Positions 12,596-22,089 of a stretch of 64,000 nucleotides of DNA are shown here, in pieces. The stretch spans positions 6,297-70,296 of the forward strand of contig QCNJ01000005.1 in NCBI GenBank assembly GCA_003213235.1, given 5' to 3'. Under the pieces are notes generated by a model. That model was not told where the DNA came from. It saw only the letters and a program-made list of their open reading frames with translations, and did no database searches. Source of the stretch: Prochlorococcus sp. AG-424-P18. GTDB lineage: Bacteria; Cyanobacteriota; Cyanobacteriia; PCC-6307; Cyanobiaceae. Both the position numbers and the translations under genes were made by a program. The number at the start of each line of letters is the position of its first letter. Position 1 is the stretch's first letter.

Positions 12596-13591
12596 ATGGT
12601 ACAAAATATTATCGATGTAAGAAATTTATCTAAGTCATTTGATATCTCTGCCAAAGAACCAGGATTAAAAGGAACAGTTAAGCATTTTTTTAGAAGACAA
12701 ACAAAAAGTTTAAAAGTTATAAAAGATATAAGTTTTGTAATTAAAGAAGGTGAAATAGTAGGTTTTCTTGGTGCTAATGGAGCAGGGAAAACAACTATTT
12801 TAAAAATGCTATGTGGCTTAATTTATCCAAGTGAGGGTTCGATTTTGGTCTCAGGCTACTTACCTTTCAGGAGAAAAGAAGATTTCCTTAAGAAAATCAC
12901 CTTAATAATGGGACAAAAGCAACAACTTATATGGGATCTTCCTCCAATTGAATCATTTTATTTGAATGCATCAATATATGACTTAGATAAGTTCGAAGCG
13001 AAAAGGAGAATAAAGAAATTATCTGAAATGCTTGAGATTGAAGATGAGCTATTCATACCTGTTAGAAAACTTTCGCTAGGACAGCGTATGAAGTCAGAAT
13101 TACTAGCAGCTTTGATACATGAGCCAAATATTCTATTTTTAGATGAGCCGACACTTGGATTAGATATTAATGCACAGAGAAATTTAAGAAAATTTCTTCA
13201 AAAATATAATAAAGAAACTAATGCAACGATATGCCTAACTAGTCATTACATGAAAGATATCACATCGCTATGCAAAAGGGTCATTTGTGTTCATGAAGGA
13301 GCCATATCATATGATGGAAAACTTGACCTATTATTAAAAAAACTTTCTCCTGTTAAAGAAATATTAATAGTTTGTCGATCAGAAGAGGATGTAATTAAAT
13401 TAGCAAATTTTGGTTTTACTGTTAAAAATAAAATAAAGAATGAAATCACTATAAAAGTTGAAAAAAAATCAATTACTTCTTCTCTAAAAACAATTCTAAA
13501 TAATTTTGATATTGAAGACCTTTATATAAATGAACCACCTGTAGATGAAATTATTGGGAAGTTATTAATTAATAAAAATTATGATATCTAA
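12596..13591 (+). CDS. ABC-2 type transporter ATP-binding subunit
   Basis: GANGAGKTT, LSLGQRMK, LFLDEPTLGLD. Confidence 0.93.
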   Translation: MVQNIIDVRNLSKSFDISAKEPGLKGTVKHFFRRQTKSLKVIKDISFVIKEGEIVGFLGANGAGKTTILKMLCGLIYPSEGSILVSGYLPFRRKEDFLKKITLIMGQKQQLIWDLPPIESFYLNASIYDLDKFEAKRRIKKLSEMLEIEDELFIPVRKLSLGQRMKSELLAALIHEPNILFLDEPTLGLDINAQRNLRKFLQKYNKETNATICLTSHYMKDITSLCKRVICVHEGAISYDGKLDLLLKKLSPVKEILIVCRSEEDVIKLANFGFTVKNKIKNEITIKVEKKSITSSLKTILNNFDIEDLYINEPPVDEIIGKLLINKNYDI

Positions 13592-14375
13592 TTTGATAAA
13601 CCGTAAAATATTCACCTTATTAAAAGTCCAATATTCAAACATGCTGGAATATAGGGTAGAAATTGCATTATGGGCAATTTCAGGAATTATTCCTTTTTTC
13701 ATGTTAAACATTTGGACAAATAATAATCTAAATGAATCAATAAACATAAGTGATGTTTTGCTTTCTAGGTATTTTTTATGTGCTTTTTTTGTAAGACAGT
13801 TTTCTGTAGTTTGGGTTGTATTTAGCTTTGAAGAGGATTCTCTTACGGGGAAAGTATCTCCTTATTTAATACAACCTTTAAATCCATTTTTCAGATATTT
13901 TGCACAACATCTTGCTGAACAAATAACGAGATTTCCTTTCGCAGTGATAATCGCATTTTTATTTTTTATTTTTAATCCGGAAAGTATATGGATTCCAAAA
14001 TTGGGTATTTTATTCTTATCAATATTATCTACTTTCTTATCGTTCTTAATTCAATTTTTAATTCAGTCAATAGTTGCATGTTTATGTTTCTGGACCGAGA
14101 AAGCATCATCGATAGAAAGGTTGTTATTTATTCCAACTTTATTTCTCTCAGGTCTTTTGGCGCCAGTAGTTTCATTTCCCGAATATGTTAAATCTTGGGT
14201 TTACTTAACTCCTTTTCCATATCTAATTGATTTCCCTGCGAACTTACTATCAGGTAATGAAACAAATATCAGTAGAGGATTAAGTATGCAAATTATATGG
14301 ATTCTTTTACTTTTCCCAATATTCAAAAAAATCTGGTGTGAAGGAAAGAAAAAATTTACTGCTATGGGTTCATGA
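13581..14375 (+). CDS. ABC-2 type permease (DUF990-like)
   Basis: Hydrophobic; overlaps the ATPase stop; FLSGLLAP, TPFPY motifs. Confidence 0.85.
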   Translation: MISNLINRKIFTLLKVQYSNMLEYRVEIALWAISGIIPFFMLNIWTNNNLNESINISDVLLSRYFLCAFFVRQFSVVWVVFSFEEDSLTGKVSPYLIQPLNPFFRYFAQHLAEQITRFPFAVIIAFLFFIFNPESIWIPKLGILFLSILSTFLSFLIQFLIQSIVACLCFWTEKASSIERLLFIPTLFLSGLLAPVVSFPEYVKSWVYLTPFPYLIDFPANLLSGNETNISRGLSMQIIWILLLFPIFKKIWCEGKKKFTAMGS

Positions 14376-15166
14376 ATCTAAGAAAATATCTAAAAGTTTA
14401 TAAAAAATTCTTACATACTTCTTTGGCTTCTGAATTGGAGTATAAGACAAACATATTAATTGATTTATTTACTGCAATTTTAAGTTTAATTGGAAGCATT
14501 TTTCTATTATCTATTTTCTTTGAAAATAATGGTTATATTGGAGGCTGGAAATTTGAACAGGCACTAATAATTCAAGGTATCTATACAATTTTGAATGGAA
14601 TAACTAATACATGGTTCAATCCAAATCTTACAGAAATAGTTAAGCATATTAGAGAAGGAACCTTAGATTTCGTACTTTTAAAACCTATTGATAGTCAATT
14701 TTTCATCTCTTTAAAAAGAATAACCCCATCTGGTTTTTTAGAAATAATACTTGGATTTTTCTTATTGTTATACTGCATCAAAATTAATCAAATAAATATT
14801 AATTTAACCTTTCTAACTTTATGTTTAATTACGATAATCTGCTCAATTTGTATTTTATATAGCTTATGGTTTTTTATTTCAACTACTACTATTTGGTTTG
14901 TTAAAACATGGAATGCCACAGAAGTATTAAGATCATTCCTTTATATTGGAAGATTCCCTTTGAATTCATTTTCAATTTCTCTAAGAATATTTTTTAGTGT
15001 TTTCATTCCTATTGCATTTATAACTTCAATACCCGCTGAAGTTTTCTTAGGTCTTTCTCAGCTATGGGAAATATTGCTTGAAGTTATTGTTGCTTTAATA
15101 TTTTTATCTTCTTCCAGAAAGTTCTGGTTATATGCATTAAAGTTTTACTCATCAGCATCGAGCTAA
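14372..15166 (+). CDS. ABC-2 type permease (DUF990-like)
   Basis: IREGTLDFVLLKPIDSQF, C-terminal YSSASS; 4-nt overlap with the previous gene. Confidence 0.87.
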   Translation: MNLRKYLKVYKKFLHTSLASELEYKTNILIDLFTAILSLIGSIFLLSIFFENNGYIGGWKFEQALIIQGIYTILNGITNTWFNPNLTEIVKHIREGTLDFVLLKPIDSQFFISLKRITPSGFLEIILGFFLLLYCIKINQININLTFLTLCLITIICSICILYSLWFFISTTTIWFVKTWNATEVLRSFLYIGRFPLNSFSISLRIFFSVFIPIAFITSIPAEVFLGLSQLWEILLEVIVALIFLSSSRKFWLYALKFYSSASS

Positions 15167-15173
15167 ATAAATA

Positions 15174-15434
15174 TTATTTAACAACCTCTCTACAAAATTC
15201 CCAAATTCTTTGTTTACTTTTTGTGTTTATAAGCTTAGCTAATTTCTTATATTTAGATTTATCAACAGATATAACTTTACAGTTGTAGAGAATTTGATAG
15301 TGTCTTGAAATAATTCCTAATTTGAGTGCAACATCAAACAAAATAATTATTAGAGCGAGGATTGATATAGTTTTAAAAAAATGTGAAAATGAGTTTAAGG
15401 AATTCTCATTGTCAGTTTTTAATTCAAGCTTCAT
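15174..15434 (-). CDS. Hypothetical membrane-anchored protein
   Basis: 86-aa ORF with one TM segment. Confidence 0.6.
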   Translation of the reverse strand: MKLELKTDNENSLNSFSHFFKTISILALIIILFDVALKLGIISRHYQILYNCKVISVDKSKYKKLAKLINTKSKQRIWEFCREVVK

Positions 15435-15661
15435 TATTTAACAATATGTTGAGGGCACTTAATTGCAGCAATGGCAACAGCGGTAACTTTAAAATTATCT
15501 GACTTCTCAATGACCTCTTTAACCTCTAGTGGTCCAAATTTATAACTTGCATCACTGTAAGAAAGAAGTAAAGATTTATAGTTATCGTGATTTAAATCTC
15601 TATATTTACAGAAATTATCTCCAACGTAATTTAAAAGAGTTAATAATGTTAATTCAATCAT
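15434..15661 (-). CDS. Hypothetical protein with two Cys
   Basis: 75-aa ORF coupled to the downstream ORF (TAATG overlap). Confidence 0.65.
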   Translation of the reverse strand: MIELTLLTLLNYVGDNFCKYRDLNHDNYKSLLLSYSDASYKFGPLEVKEVIEKSDNFKVTAVAIAAIKCPQHIVK

Positions 15662-15913
15662 TAAGGCTTTTTAGTTTGCAAACTTCTTATGAATAATACA
15701 ATGCATGAAATTTTAAACAAGTTTAATTCCTAAAAACACATGAAATCCTAATCAAGAAATTTACTTACATTATTTAAATTTTAAAAATTATTTCATGATT
15801 GAATAAATAAACATACTAAATTCAGCTAAGCACTACCTATGGTGTGCACTTTCAACCAATACTGCACTACAGATAGGGGGTTGCAATTTTTAAGAAATTG
15901 GTTTAAAAATAAG

Positions 15914-15956
15914 ATTCCCCATCACCCGGCCCCACAAATGTGAGGCCTTTTTTTTT
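15914..15956 (+). ncRNA. Candidate very short sRNA (C-rich 5' part plus terminator hairpin)
   Basis: TTGCAA (15881)-17 nt-TAAAAA, then ATTCCCCATCACCC, hairpin GGCCCCAC-AAAT-GTGAGGCC and T9; no + strand ORF needs this terminator. Confidence 0.5.
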
Positions 15957-16125
15957 ATTTTCTTGCAAATAAGATCTCGAATAAAAGTATTATTTAATAC
16001 TGAGGATTAATTCATTAAAATTTAGGGTGATCAATACAATCTATAGGAATTTATCTTTTTTAACTGATACAGCTATTTTTGTTATTTTTTGAACAAAACC
16101 GTATTAGTATTAAGAGTTTATTAAT

Positions 16126-16938
16126 CTATAAAAAATTAATTATTGACTTAATAAATAAACTCATACCAACCAAAAGACAAACTATTGTAAAAGTTTTTTT
16201 AATTAATGCATTACCCCTTAATCTTGATAGATGGGCTCCAAAATATCCTCCAGTAAAAGAACCAAATATTAATAAAATCAATATATTGTAAGGAACTGAT
16301 CCTATTCTGCTCAAAAATATTGCTCCCGTTAAATTCCAAAAGATTCCAACTGTAAAGAATGTCAAACTGATAGCACGAAGGAAATCCATCTTAAAAGTTT
16401 TTATCAAAAGTATTGTAACTAGCAATCCAGTTCCTGAAGAAATAGAACCATTCAAAAAACCTATAAGGAAAATAAAAATCAAAAATCTAATTATATCTTT
16501 TAAATTTTGTTCATTATTCCCAGATGATAACCCGAGATCTGATTTAAAAAATGAATAAAATGCCAATATCATCGAAATTATTCCTAAAAATAAATATAGA
16601 TATTGTTCTGATATAAATTCAACCATTGAAGCTCCAAAGATTACTCCAGGCAATCCAAAAATTAAAATTTGCCAAGCCACATAAATATCATTTTTAAGAG
16701 ATTTGTAATTCCTTAAGGAACCCCCTAAACCTAATGCTACAGTCGCTAATTTATGACTAGCCAAAGCCTGATAATAAGGAACGCCGAATAAAATTAAAGC
16801 TGGCAATTGGAGTAAGCCTGCACCCCCTCCAGAAAGTGCTGAGAAAGTATTAGAAAAAAAAGATATCAAAAATATAGAAATACTTTTATAAAAAGAATAA
16901 TCAAAGCTATTTACTAATGTTGTTAATAAATAAAGCAT
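16126..16938 (-). CDS. Sulfite exporter TauE/SafE family membrane protein
   Basis: SGGGAGLLQLP, ALASHKLA, GFLNG..SSGTG repeat; about 8 TM. Confidence 0.85.
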   Translation of the reverse strand: MLYLLTTLVNSFDYSFYKSISIFLISFFSNTFSALSGGGAGLLQLPALILFGVPYYQALASHKLATVALGLGGSLRNYKSLKNDIYVAWQILIFGLPGVIFGASMVEFISEQYLYLFLGIISMILAFYSFFKSDLGLSSGNNEQNLKDIIRFLIFIFLIGFLNGSISSGTGLLVTILLIKTFKMDFLRAISLTFFTVGIFWNLTGAIFLSRIGSVPYNILILLIFGSFTGGYFGAHLSRLRGNALIKKTFTIVCLLVGMSLFIKSIINFL

Positions 16939-17053
16939 TAAATATAAATTTTTATATTTTAATAAGCATATTTATTATACAAATCTTATTTTGACTAATT
17001 CAATCATAGTTTGGTAAAAACTGTTATTATCAAAAGAAAATATCAAGAATATT

Positions 17054-17395
17054 ATGCATAGACAAGATGCAATTTATCTTGATCAGCTATGTCCCAAGAT
17101 AAGTAATAAAAGCTGGAGAGAGTCACTTCATAAACTTACTAAATATAAATGCATTTATTGCGGTAAACCCTCAGAGTCCCTTGATCACCTTCATCCAATG
17201 TCAAAAGGTGGAATTAGTAATACTAGTAATTGCGTACCCTGTTGCTTGTCATGCAATGGTAACAAATCAGATTCTGAAGTTCTTAGTTGGTACAGGCAGC
17301 AAAATTTTTATGATCCCAGAAGGGCTATGGCAATACGAGCATGGTTTAATGATGATTTAAAACTAGCATCAGTTCTCTTGAACTTCTTAAATTAA
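17054..17395 (+). CDS. HNH endonuclease (stand-alone)
   Basis: CIYCG...LDHLHPMSKGG...N.VPCCLSCNGNK. Confidence 0.9.
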   Translation: MHRQDAIYLDQLCPKISNKSWRESLHKLTKYKCIYCGKPSESLDHLHPMSKGGISNTSNCVPCCLSCNGNKSDSEVLSWYRQQNFYDPRRAMAIRAWFNDDLKLASVLLNFLN

Positions 17396-17481
17396 AAATT
17401 GAAATTATTAATTGACTTAAATTACTAAAAATATTTTGTAAAAATCTACAATATATTTTTTATAAATAATATTAAATAATT

Positions 17482-17676
17482 TTATATTGTTCTTTTTCCT
17501 TCAGAATTAAATTTGTAGATACTAAAATTCGAAATATTAGAAAAATCATCTTTCCACATTATTGGTGAATCTAAAATTTTTCTCTCTGGAGATTTTACTG
17601 AAAAAATTAATGCGAACACAAAAAGAACTGTAACTAATATTATAGTCATTACCAATTTGTCTGAAATGTTATTCAT
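17482..17676 (-). CDS. Hypothetical small membrane protein
   Basis: 64 aa, N-terminal TM. Confidence 0.5.
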   Translation of the reverse strand: MNNISDKLVMTIILVTVLFVFALIFSVKSPERKILDSPIMWKDDFSNISNFSIYKFNSEGKRTI

Positions 17677-17685
17677 TAGGTTAAT

Positions 17686-18087
17686 CTATCTAGAAAAATT
17701 TTTGTCAGGAGTAATTTTTTCATAAATTTCTAAAAAATAAGATTTAAAATAGTCAACTCCCTCCTTTCCAATTAATCCAAATGACCAACCACAATCATTT
17801 ATAACTTGTGATGAAATTTGATTTGCTAGGTCATCTTTCTCAATCCATTTTTTTTGTGGGTTGTAAGAAAAAGATATTATATTTTCTGTTTTTACAATAG
17901 CTGATTTCATTGCTTCATCTTTAGAAAAACCATTTTGAATAGCCTTGCAATATTTTCTTGAGAAATTATTAGAGATCCTATTTTGGAGCAAACTAACACT
18001 AGGGTCTGAAGTATCAAATGCTAAACCTATTGGTGAATTTGATAAATAAATTATAAAAAAAAATAAACTTAAAAAAAACTTTAACAA
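17686..18087 (-). CDS. Hypothetical secreted protein
   Basis: Signal-peptide-like N-terminus, two Cys. Confidence 0.7.
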   Translation of the reverse strand: MLKFFLSLFFFIIYLSNSPIGLAFDTSDPSVSLLQNRISNNFSRKYCKAIQNGFSKDEAMKSAIVKTENIISFSYNPQKKWIEKDDLANQISSQVINDCGWSFGLIGKEGVDYFKSYFLEIYEKITPDKNFSR

Positions 18088-18249
18088 CAGATATAAGTTA
18101 ATATTAATTAACCATATTATAGTTTTTTGTTGTTTTTTTCAATTGATTCAAATAAATCTTCAGTGCAAAATTAAATTTCAATTTATTAAAAATTAATAGT
18201 ATTGCAACAACTTCAGTAATAATGGTCAGAGATTTATCTGACTACTAAT

Positions 18250-18471
18250 ATGAATGAATCATTGATGACATTGTTATTTTTCCCTGAATGGACAAACGGT
18301 TTACCTTCTGACTTCTTAATACTTCATTTTTTTGTTGGAGCTGTCATTTTCCCTTTCAATATGATTCATGCTAAAGCAAGAAAAATTGACAGTCAGAATC
18401 CGCAGGAAGCAGCTAATGGCTATAAAAATTCAGACACTACTTCATTCTTTGGCTACGAAGAAATCAATTAG
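18250..18471 (+). CDS. Hypothetical small membrane protein
   Basis: 73 aa with one TM. Confidence 0.55.
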   Translation: MNESLMTLLFFPEWTNGLPSDFLILHFFVGAVIFPFNMIHAKARKIDSQNPQEAANGYKNSDTTSFFGYEEIN

Positions 18472-18506
18472 ATTTCAACAAAAGTTTTTAAGGAATTACT
18501 TAATTT

Positions 18507-18731
18507 ATGATAATTTCCCTAAATACAGCTTTAGATCTCAAAATTTTTAGCCCTAATGAACCTTTAGGAATATTGATTCTTTTTTTGGGATTGATATTTA
18601 CAGGGATGATTTTTTACATTATTTATGCGGTTAGCACTAATAAAGAATCACTGGAAGATAAAAAATTGAGAACCAAAAAAGAGTCTTTGCAAAAAGAGCG
18701 GATAAGAAAATTATTTCCTAAGAAAAAATAA
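18507..18731 (+). CDS. Hypothetical small membrane protein
   Basis: One TM followed by a basic tail. Confidence 0.6.
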   Translation: MIISLNTALDLKIFSPNEPLGILILFLGLIFTGMIFYIIYAVSTNKESLEDKKLRTKKESLQKERIRKLFPKKK

Positions 18732-18953
18732 ATTTAATTGTTTTATTACTTATTAGAAATTTATTAATATTATCTATTATCAAATCAGTGGGGTCTAAAA
18801 ACATTAGTTTTAATTCTCTTAAGTCAAACATTACAGTAAAACTTCATCCTACCAAATTAACTTTTTTAACGGGAAATAATATTGTGACTTGTATGGCAAA
18901 AATATTCTCATAACCTTTAAAAAATGTTAAAAATAGAGAAATGATTTGAAATT

Positions 18954-19457
18954 TTGGAGACTTCACCCCAATATATATTTCTTGCTAGTGGAGTTAAGAA
19001 TGGAGAAGGATTTTGGATTGTAGGAGTCAAAAATTGTGATGTAAATATTCTTGAGGATAGAAACCTTTTAGATTGCTATAGAAAAGAATTAATAGGTATT
19101 GAATCAGCAAAAGATATTCTTTACGCCATCAACTTAAACATAAATAATTTATTAAATGAACTAAGGGATAAAAATTATTTAATTGAAAAACCTTCAATAG
19201 GGATATCTTTTGATATCCCATTAGATATATTGGAAAGTATTTTTGATTTTTGGTTAGATATTTATAAAAATAAAGAAGACTGGGAAACTTGTCTAGGCCT
19301 ACTTAAAATTAGAAAAAAACTCTCTCTAACAAACCTTATTGAAAGTGATAGCTTAAAAGGCAACTCTAAAAAATGGGCTATTAAAGTTGAAACTTTGCAT
19401 ACTTATGAACCTAATTCACCTAGTCTTGATAAACTAAATGACCCTATGTGGACATAA
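18954..19457 (+). CDS. Conserved hypothetical protein
   Basis: 167-aa ORF, TTG start, typical picocyanobacterial composition. Confidence 0.75.
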   Translation: METSPQYIFLASGVKNGEGFWIVGVKNCDVNILEDRNLLDCYRKELIGIESAKDILYAINLNINNLLNELRDKNYLIEKPSIGISFDIPLDILESIFDFWLDIYKNKEDWETCLGLLKIRKKLSLTNLIESDSLKGNSKKWAIKVETLHTYEPNSPSLDKLNDPMWT

Positions 19458-19532
19458 TTAGAATTTTAATTAATCAATATATTTACTTAATAGGTTATTT
19501 AGGTAAAAATGAAATTACTTAATAATTAAAAA

Positions 19533-19718
19533 ATGAATAAGCCATATTCTTTTAATAACGATCAAATGAACGGGATTGTGGAGGATACTTATGCGAACAT
19601 AATACAGGAATGTGAAAACCTAAAAAAAAATACTAATTGCCCAAATGAGCAGGTAGTAGCACTTTTAAGCGTAATCGCATCCAATTTCGCAACTACACCT
19701 GAAAAAAGCGGAAATTGA
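19533..19718 (+). CDS. Small hypothetical protein
   Basis: 61 aa, ends 1 nt before the PRTase start. Confidence 0.65.
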   Translation: MNKPYSFNNDQMNGIVEDTYANIIQECENLKKNTNCPNEQVVALLSVIASNFATTPEKSGN

Positions 19719-19719
19719 G

Positions 19720-20115
19720 ATGATAAATCATTTTACTTGGGATGAATTTGATAAGAGCGTAGAATACATAGCAAACAAATGTAAATCTTCAGAGTTTTCT
19801 GGAGTATATGGAGTTCCTAGGGGTGGTTTATGTCTTGCTGTAGCGCTAAGCCATAAATTAAAAATTAATATAATATCTGAGCCAACAAAAAATTCTCTAA
19901 TAGTAGATGATGTTTATGAAACTGGTATTACATTAAATACCTTCAAAAATATTGAGGGAGCAATGTTTTTTGTGCTATTTAGTAAAATCAAGCCTACATG
20001 GTGGAATACTGTAAAAATATCTGAAAAAAGAGAGTGGATAGTTTTCCCATGGGAAGATACTAAAAATTTTCATAGTGACCATGATGAATACATTATAAAA
20101 AGAGGGCTAATTTGA
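19720..20115 (+). CDS. Minimal purine phosphoribosyltransferase (type I PRTase)
   Basis: GVPRGGL, PRPP loop LIVDDVYETGIT, C-terminal WIVFPWE typical of Gpt-like enzymes. Confidence 0.88.
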   Translation: MINHFTWDEFDKSVEYIANKCKSSEFSGVYGVPRGGLCLAVALSHKLKINIISEPTKNSLIVDDVYETGITLNTFKNIEGAMFFVLFSKIKPTWWNTVKISEKREWIVFPWEDTKNFHSDHDEYIIKRGLI

Positions 20116-20570
20116 GAAAGAAGTTATATTTAGCTAATCCATATGGATTTTCAAAACAGACAAAAAACTTATTAAATGAATTTATTAGTATCTTCAATGG
20201 TTTTAATATTGAAGTTTATGAACCTTTTGAGAGGACAAAACACATAATACAAAAAGAAGGAGAATGGGCATATGAACTGGCAAAAAGTAATTTCAATGAT
20301 TTGAAAAAATGTGATTGCATTTTTGCGATAGTTAACGGAACCCCCCCAGATGAAGGTGTTATGATCGAACTTGGTATTGCAATTGCTCTTAAAAAAGAAA
20401 TTTTTTTATTTAGGGATGATTTTAGAAGCTGTTCTGATAGTAACCAATACCCATTAAATCTTATGTTATTTCTTGGACTACCAAGAGATAATTGGAAAAA
20501 ATATTATTTTGAATCACTACAAGATATAAGAAGCAACAATAAAGGATTTGTGGAATGGGCAAATAAATAA
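20112..20570 (+). CDS. Nucleoside 2-deoxyribosyltransferase family protein
   Basis: LYLANP.GFS, D...D...PPDEGVMIELG.A, LNLM motifs; overlaps the PRTase stop. Confidence 0.88.
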   Translation: MRKKLYLANPYGFSKQTKNLLNEFISIFNGFNIEVYEPFERTKHIIQKEGEWAYELAKSNFNDLKKCDCIFAIVNGTPPDEGVMIELGIAIALKKEIFLFRDDFRSCSDSNQYPLNLMLFLGLPRDNWKKYYFESLQDIRSNNKGFVEWANK

Positions 20571-20656
20571 CCTTGATAAATTAGCTAGGCAATAGTTAAA
20601 GAGTTTAATTAAATTAATACAGATAAGGTGCTAGAATAATATTTATTTAGAAAATT

Positions 20657-20833
20657 TTGACACAAGTAACTGTTGGAGAAAATGAGGGAATTGAATCCGC
20701 CCTTAGAAGATTTAAAAGACAAGTCTCCAAATCAGGAATTTTTGCGGATTTAAAAAGACTTAGGCATCACGAAACACCTATTGAAAAATACAAAAGAAAA
20801 TTACAACAAAGAAGAAAAGCTAAAAGAAGATAG
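20657..20833 (+). CDS. rpsU: 30S ribosomal protein S21, 58 aa, TTG start (not in ORF track)
   Basis: [58 protein letters not shown]. Confidence 0.96.
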   Translation: MTQVTVGENEGIESALRRFKRQVSKSGIFADLKRLRHHETPIEKYKRKLQQRRKAKRR

Positions 20834-20907
20834 TTTAATATTATTAAATTAACTTAAAAAAAGAATATTTTTAATTTTAAGCTTTTATAAAAAATTAATT
20901 ATTTAAG

Positions 20908-21222
20908 CTATTTAAGCTTTTTAAGCTTTTTAACAAGATTTATTCCAACACCTGAAACAGAAAGAAGATCTTTTTCATCTGCGTCAATAACCGCTTTGGT
21001 AGTTTTGAATCCAGCTTCATACAAAGCCTTAGCACTCTTAGCTCCTACCCCTGGAAGGGTGGTTAAGGTTTCAATATTTTTTTTTGAATTGCCTTTTTTT
21101 GCTTTTGTTTTTGGAGATTTTACTGACTTAGTAGTTTTTGCTTCTTTCTTTAAAGGAGTTTCAGAAGATACTGCACTTTTAAATAGAATTGATTTTAGTT
21201 TACTTAAAAATTTAGAAATCAT
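20908..21222 (-). CDS. Helix-hairpin-helix DNA-binding protein
   Basis: LTTLPGVGAKSA and LLSVSGVG HhH motifs; Lys-rich linker. Confidence 0.85.
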   Translation of the reverse strand: MISKFLSKLKSILFKSAVSSETPLKKEAKTTKSVKSPKTKAKKGNSKKNIETLTTLPGVGAKSAKALYEAGFKTTKAVIDADEKDLLSVSGVGINLVKKLKKLK

Positions 21223-21492
21223 TGAAGTATATAAGTAATAAAATTAAATCTTAAATTTCTATTTAGTAGCAAATTTCATAGGAAATTAAAAAACAAACTA
21301 TAGATAATTAAATAAATTTAATTTATTTACATTTATATAAAGACACATATTTAATCTTTATGCAAGTTTACAAGCTTAAGCAGAGGCTTTTTAATTATTC
21401 TGAAAGTCCTTAAGAAATAAGATTTACTTCCCTAAGTAAAAAATATTTATTAATAGTAATATTAATAGTTGATTAGGAGTTGAAATTACAAA

Positions 21493-22089
21493 ATGAAGCT
21501 CATATTTATTAGTGGTCCTTCTGGCAGCGGCAAAACAACCTTATCAAATCAAATAATAGTAAAAATAAAAAAAGGGATTGTATTAAGTACAGATAATTAC
21601 TATAAAACAAATTTAATAAGTAAACTACTATCAAAATTTATAAGGGGTTATTTTGATAGATACATTAGTTTTAATGAAAAACTATTTAAAACAGATTTTA
21701 ATTTCATTCTTAACAACGGATTTTCAATTTATGAGCGTTCTTATAATTACGAAAAGAAAAAAATAAAAAAATACTTAAAAAAAACAAGTAATATTAATTT
21801 TTTAATTGTTGAAGGTATTTTTGCAAAGGAATTCTCAAATTCATTATGTAACCAAAATTATTCTTTTTTGGAAATAAAAATTGATAAAAATGAGTGCATG
21901 AATAGAGTTTTGCAAAGAGATTTAAAAGAGAGGGGGAAGGCAAAAAAACAAGCTGAAGATGATTTCTTAAAATCATGGAATATTTATTACGAGAAATTTA
22001 AAAATATCAATAAAAAGAAAAATGCTAATGAATTTATTATCACAAAAAACACTAAAATTGATCAAATACTTAAACAGTTATTTGAATAA
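21493..22089 (+). CDS. Uridine-kinase-like P-loop kinase
   Basis: ISGPSGSGKTT, STDNYYK, LIVEGIF, R..RD..ERG. Confidence 0.8.
   Translation: MKLIFISGPSGSGKTTLSNQIIVKIKKGIVLSTDNYYKTNLISKLLSKFIRGYFDRYISFNEKLFKTDFNFILNNGFSIYERSYNYEKKKIKKYLKKTSNINFLIVEGIFAKEFSNSLCNQNYSFLEIKIDKNECMNRVLQRDLKERGKAKKQAEDDFLKSWNIYYEKFKNINKKKNANEFIITKNTKIDQILKQLFE

Noticed and set aside
17054-17395. HNH gene as a homing or mobile element
   Set aside because: No intron, intein, terminal repeats or target duplication; it appears to be an ordinary stand-alone gene.
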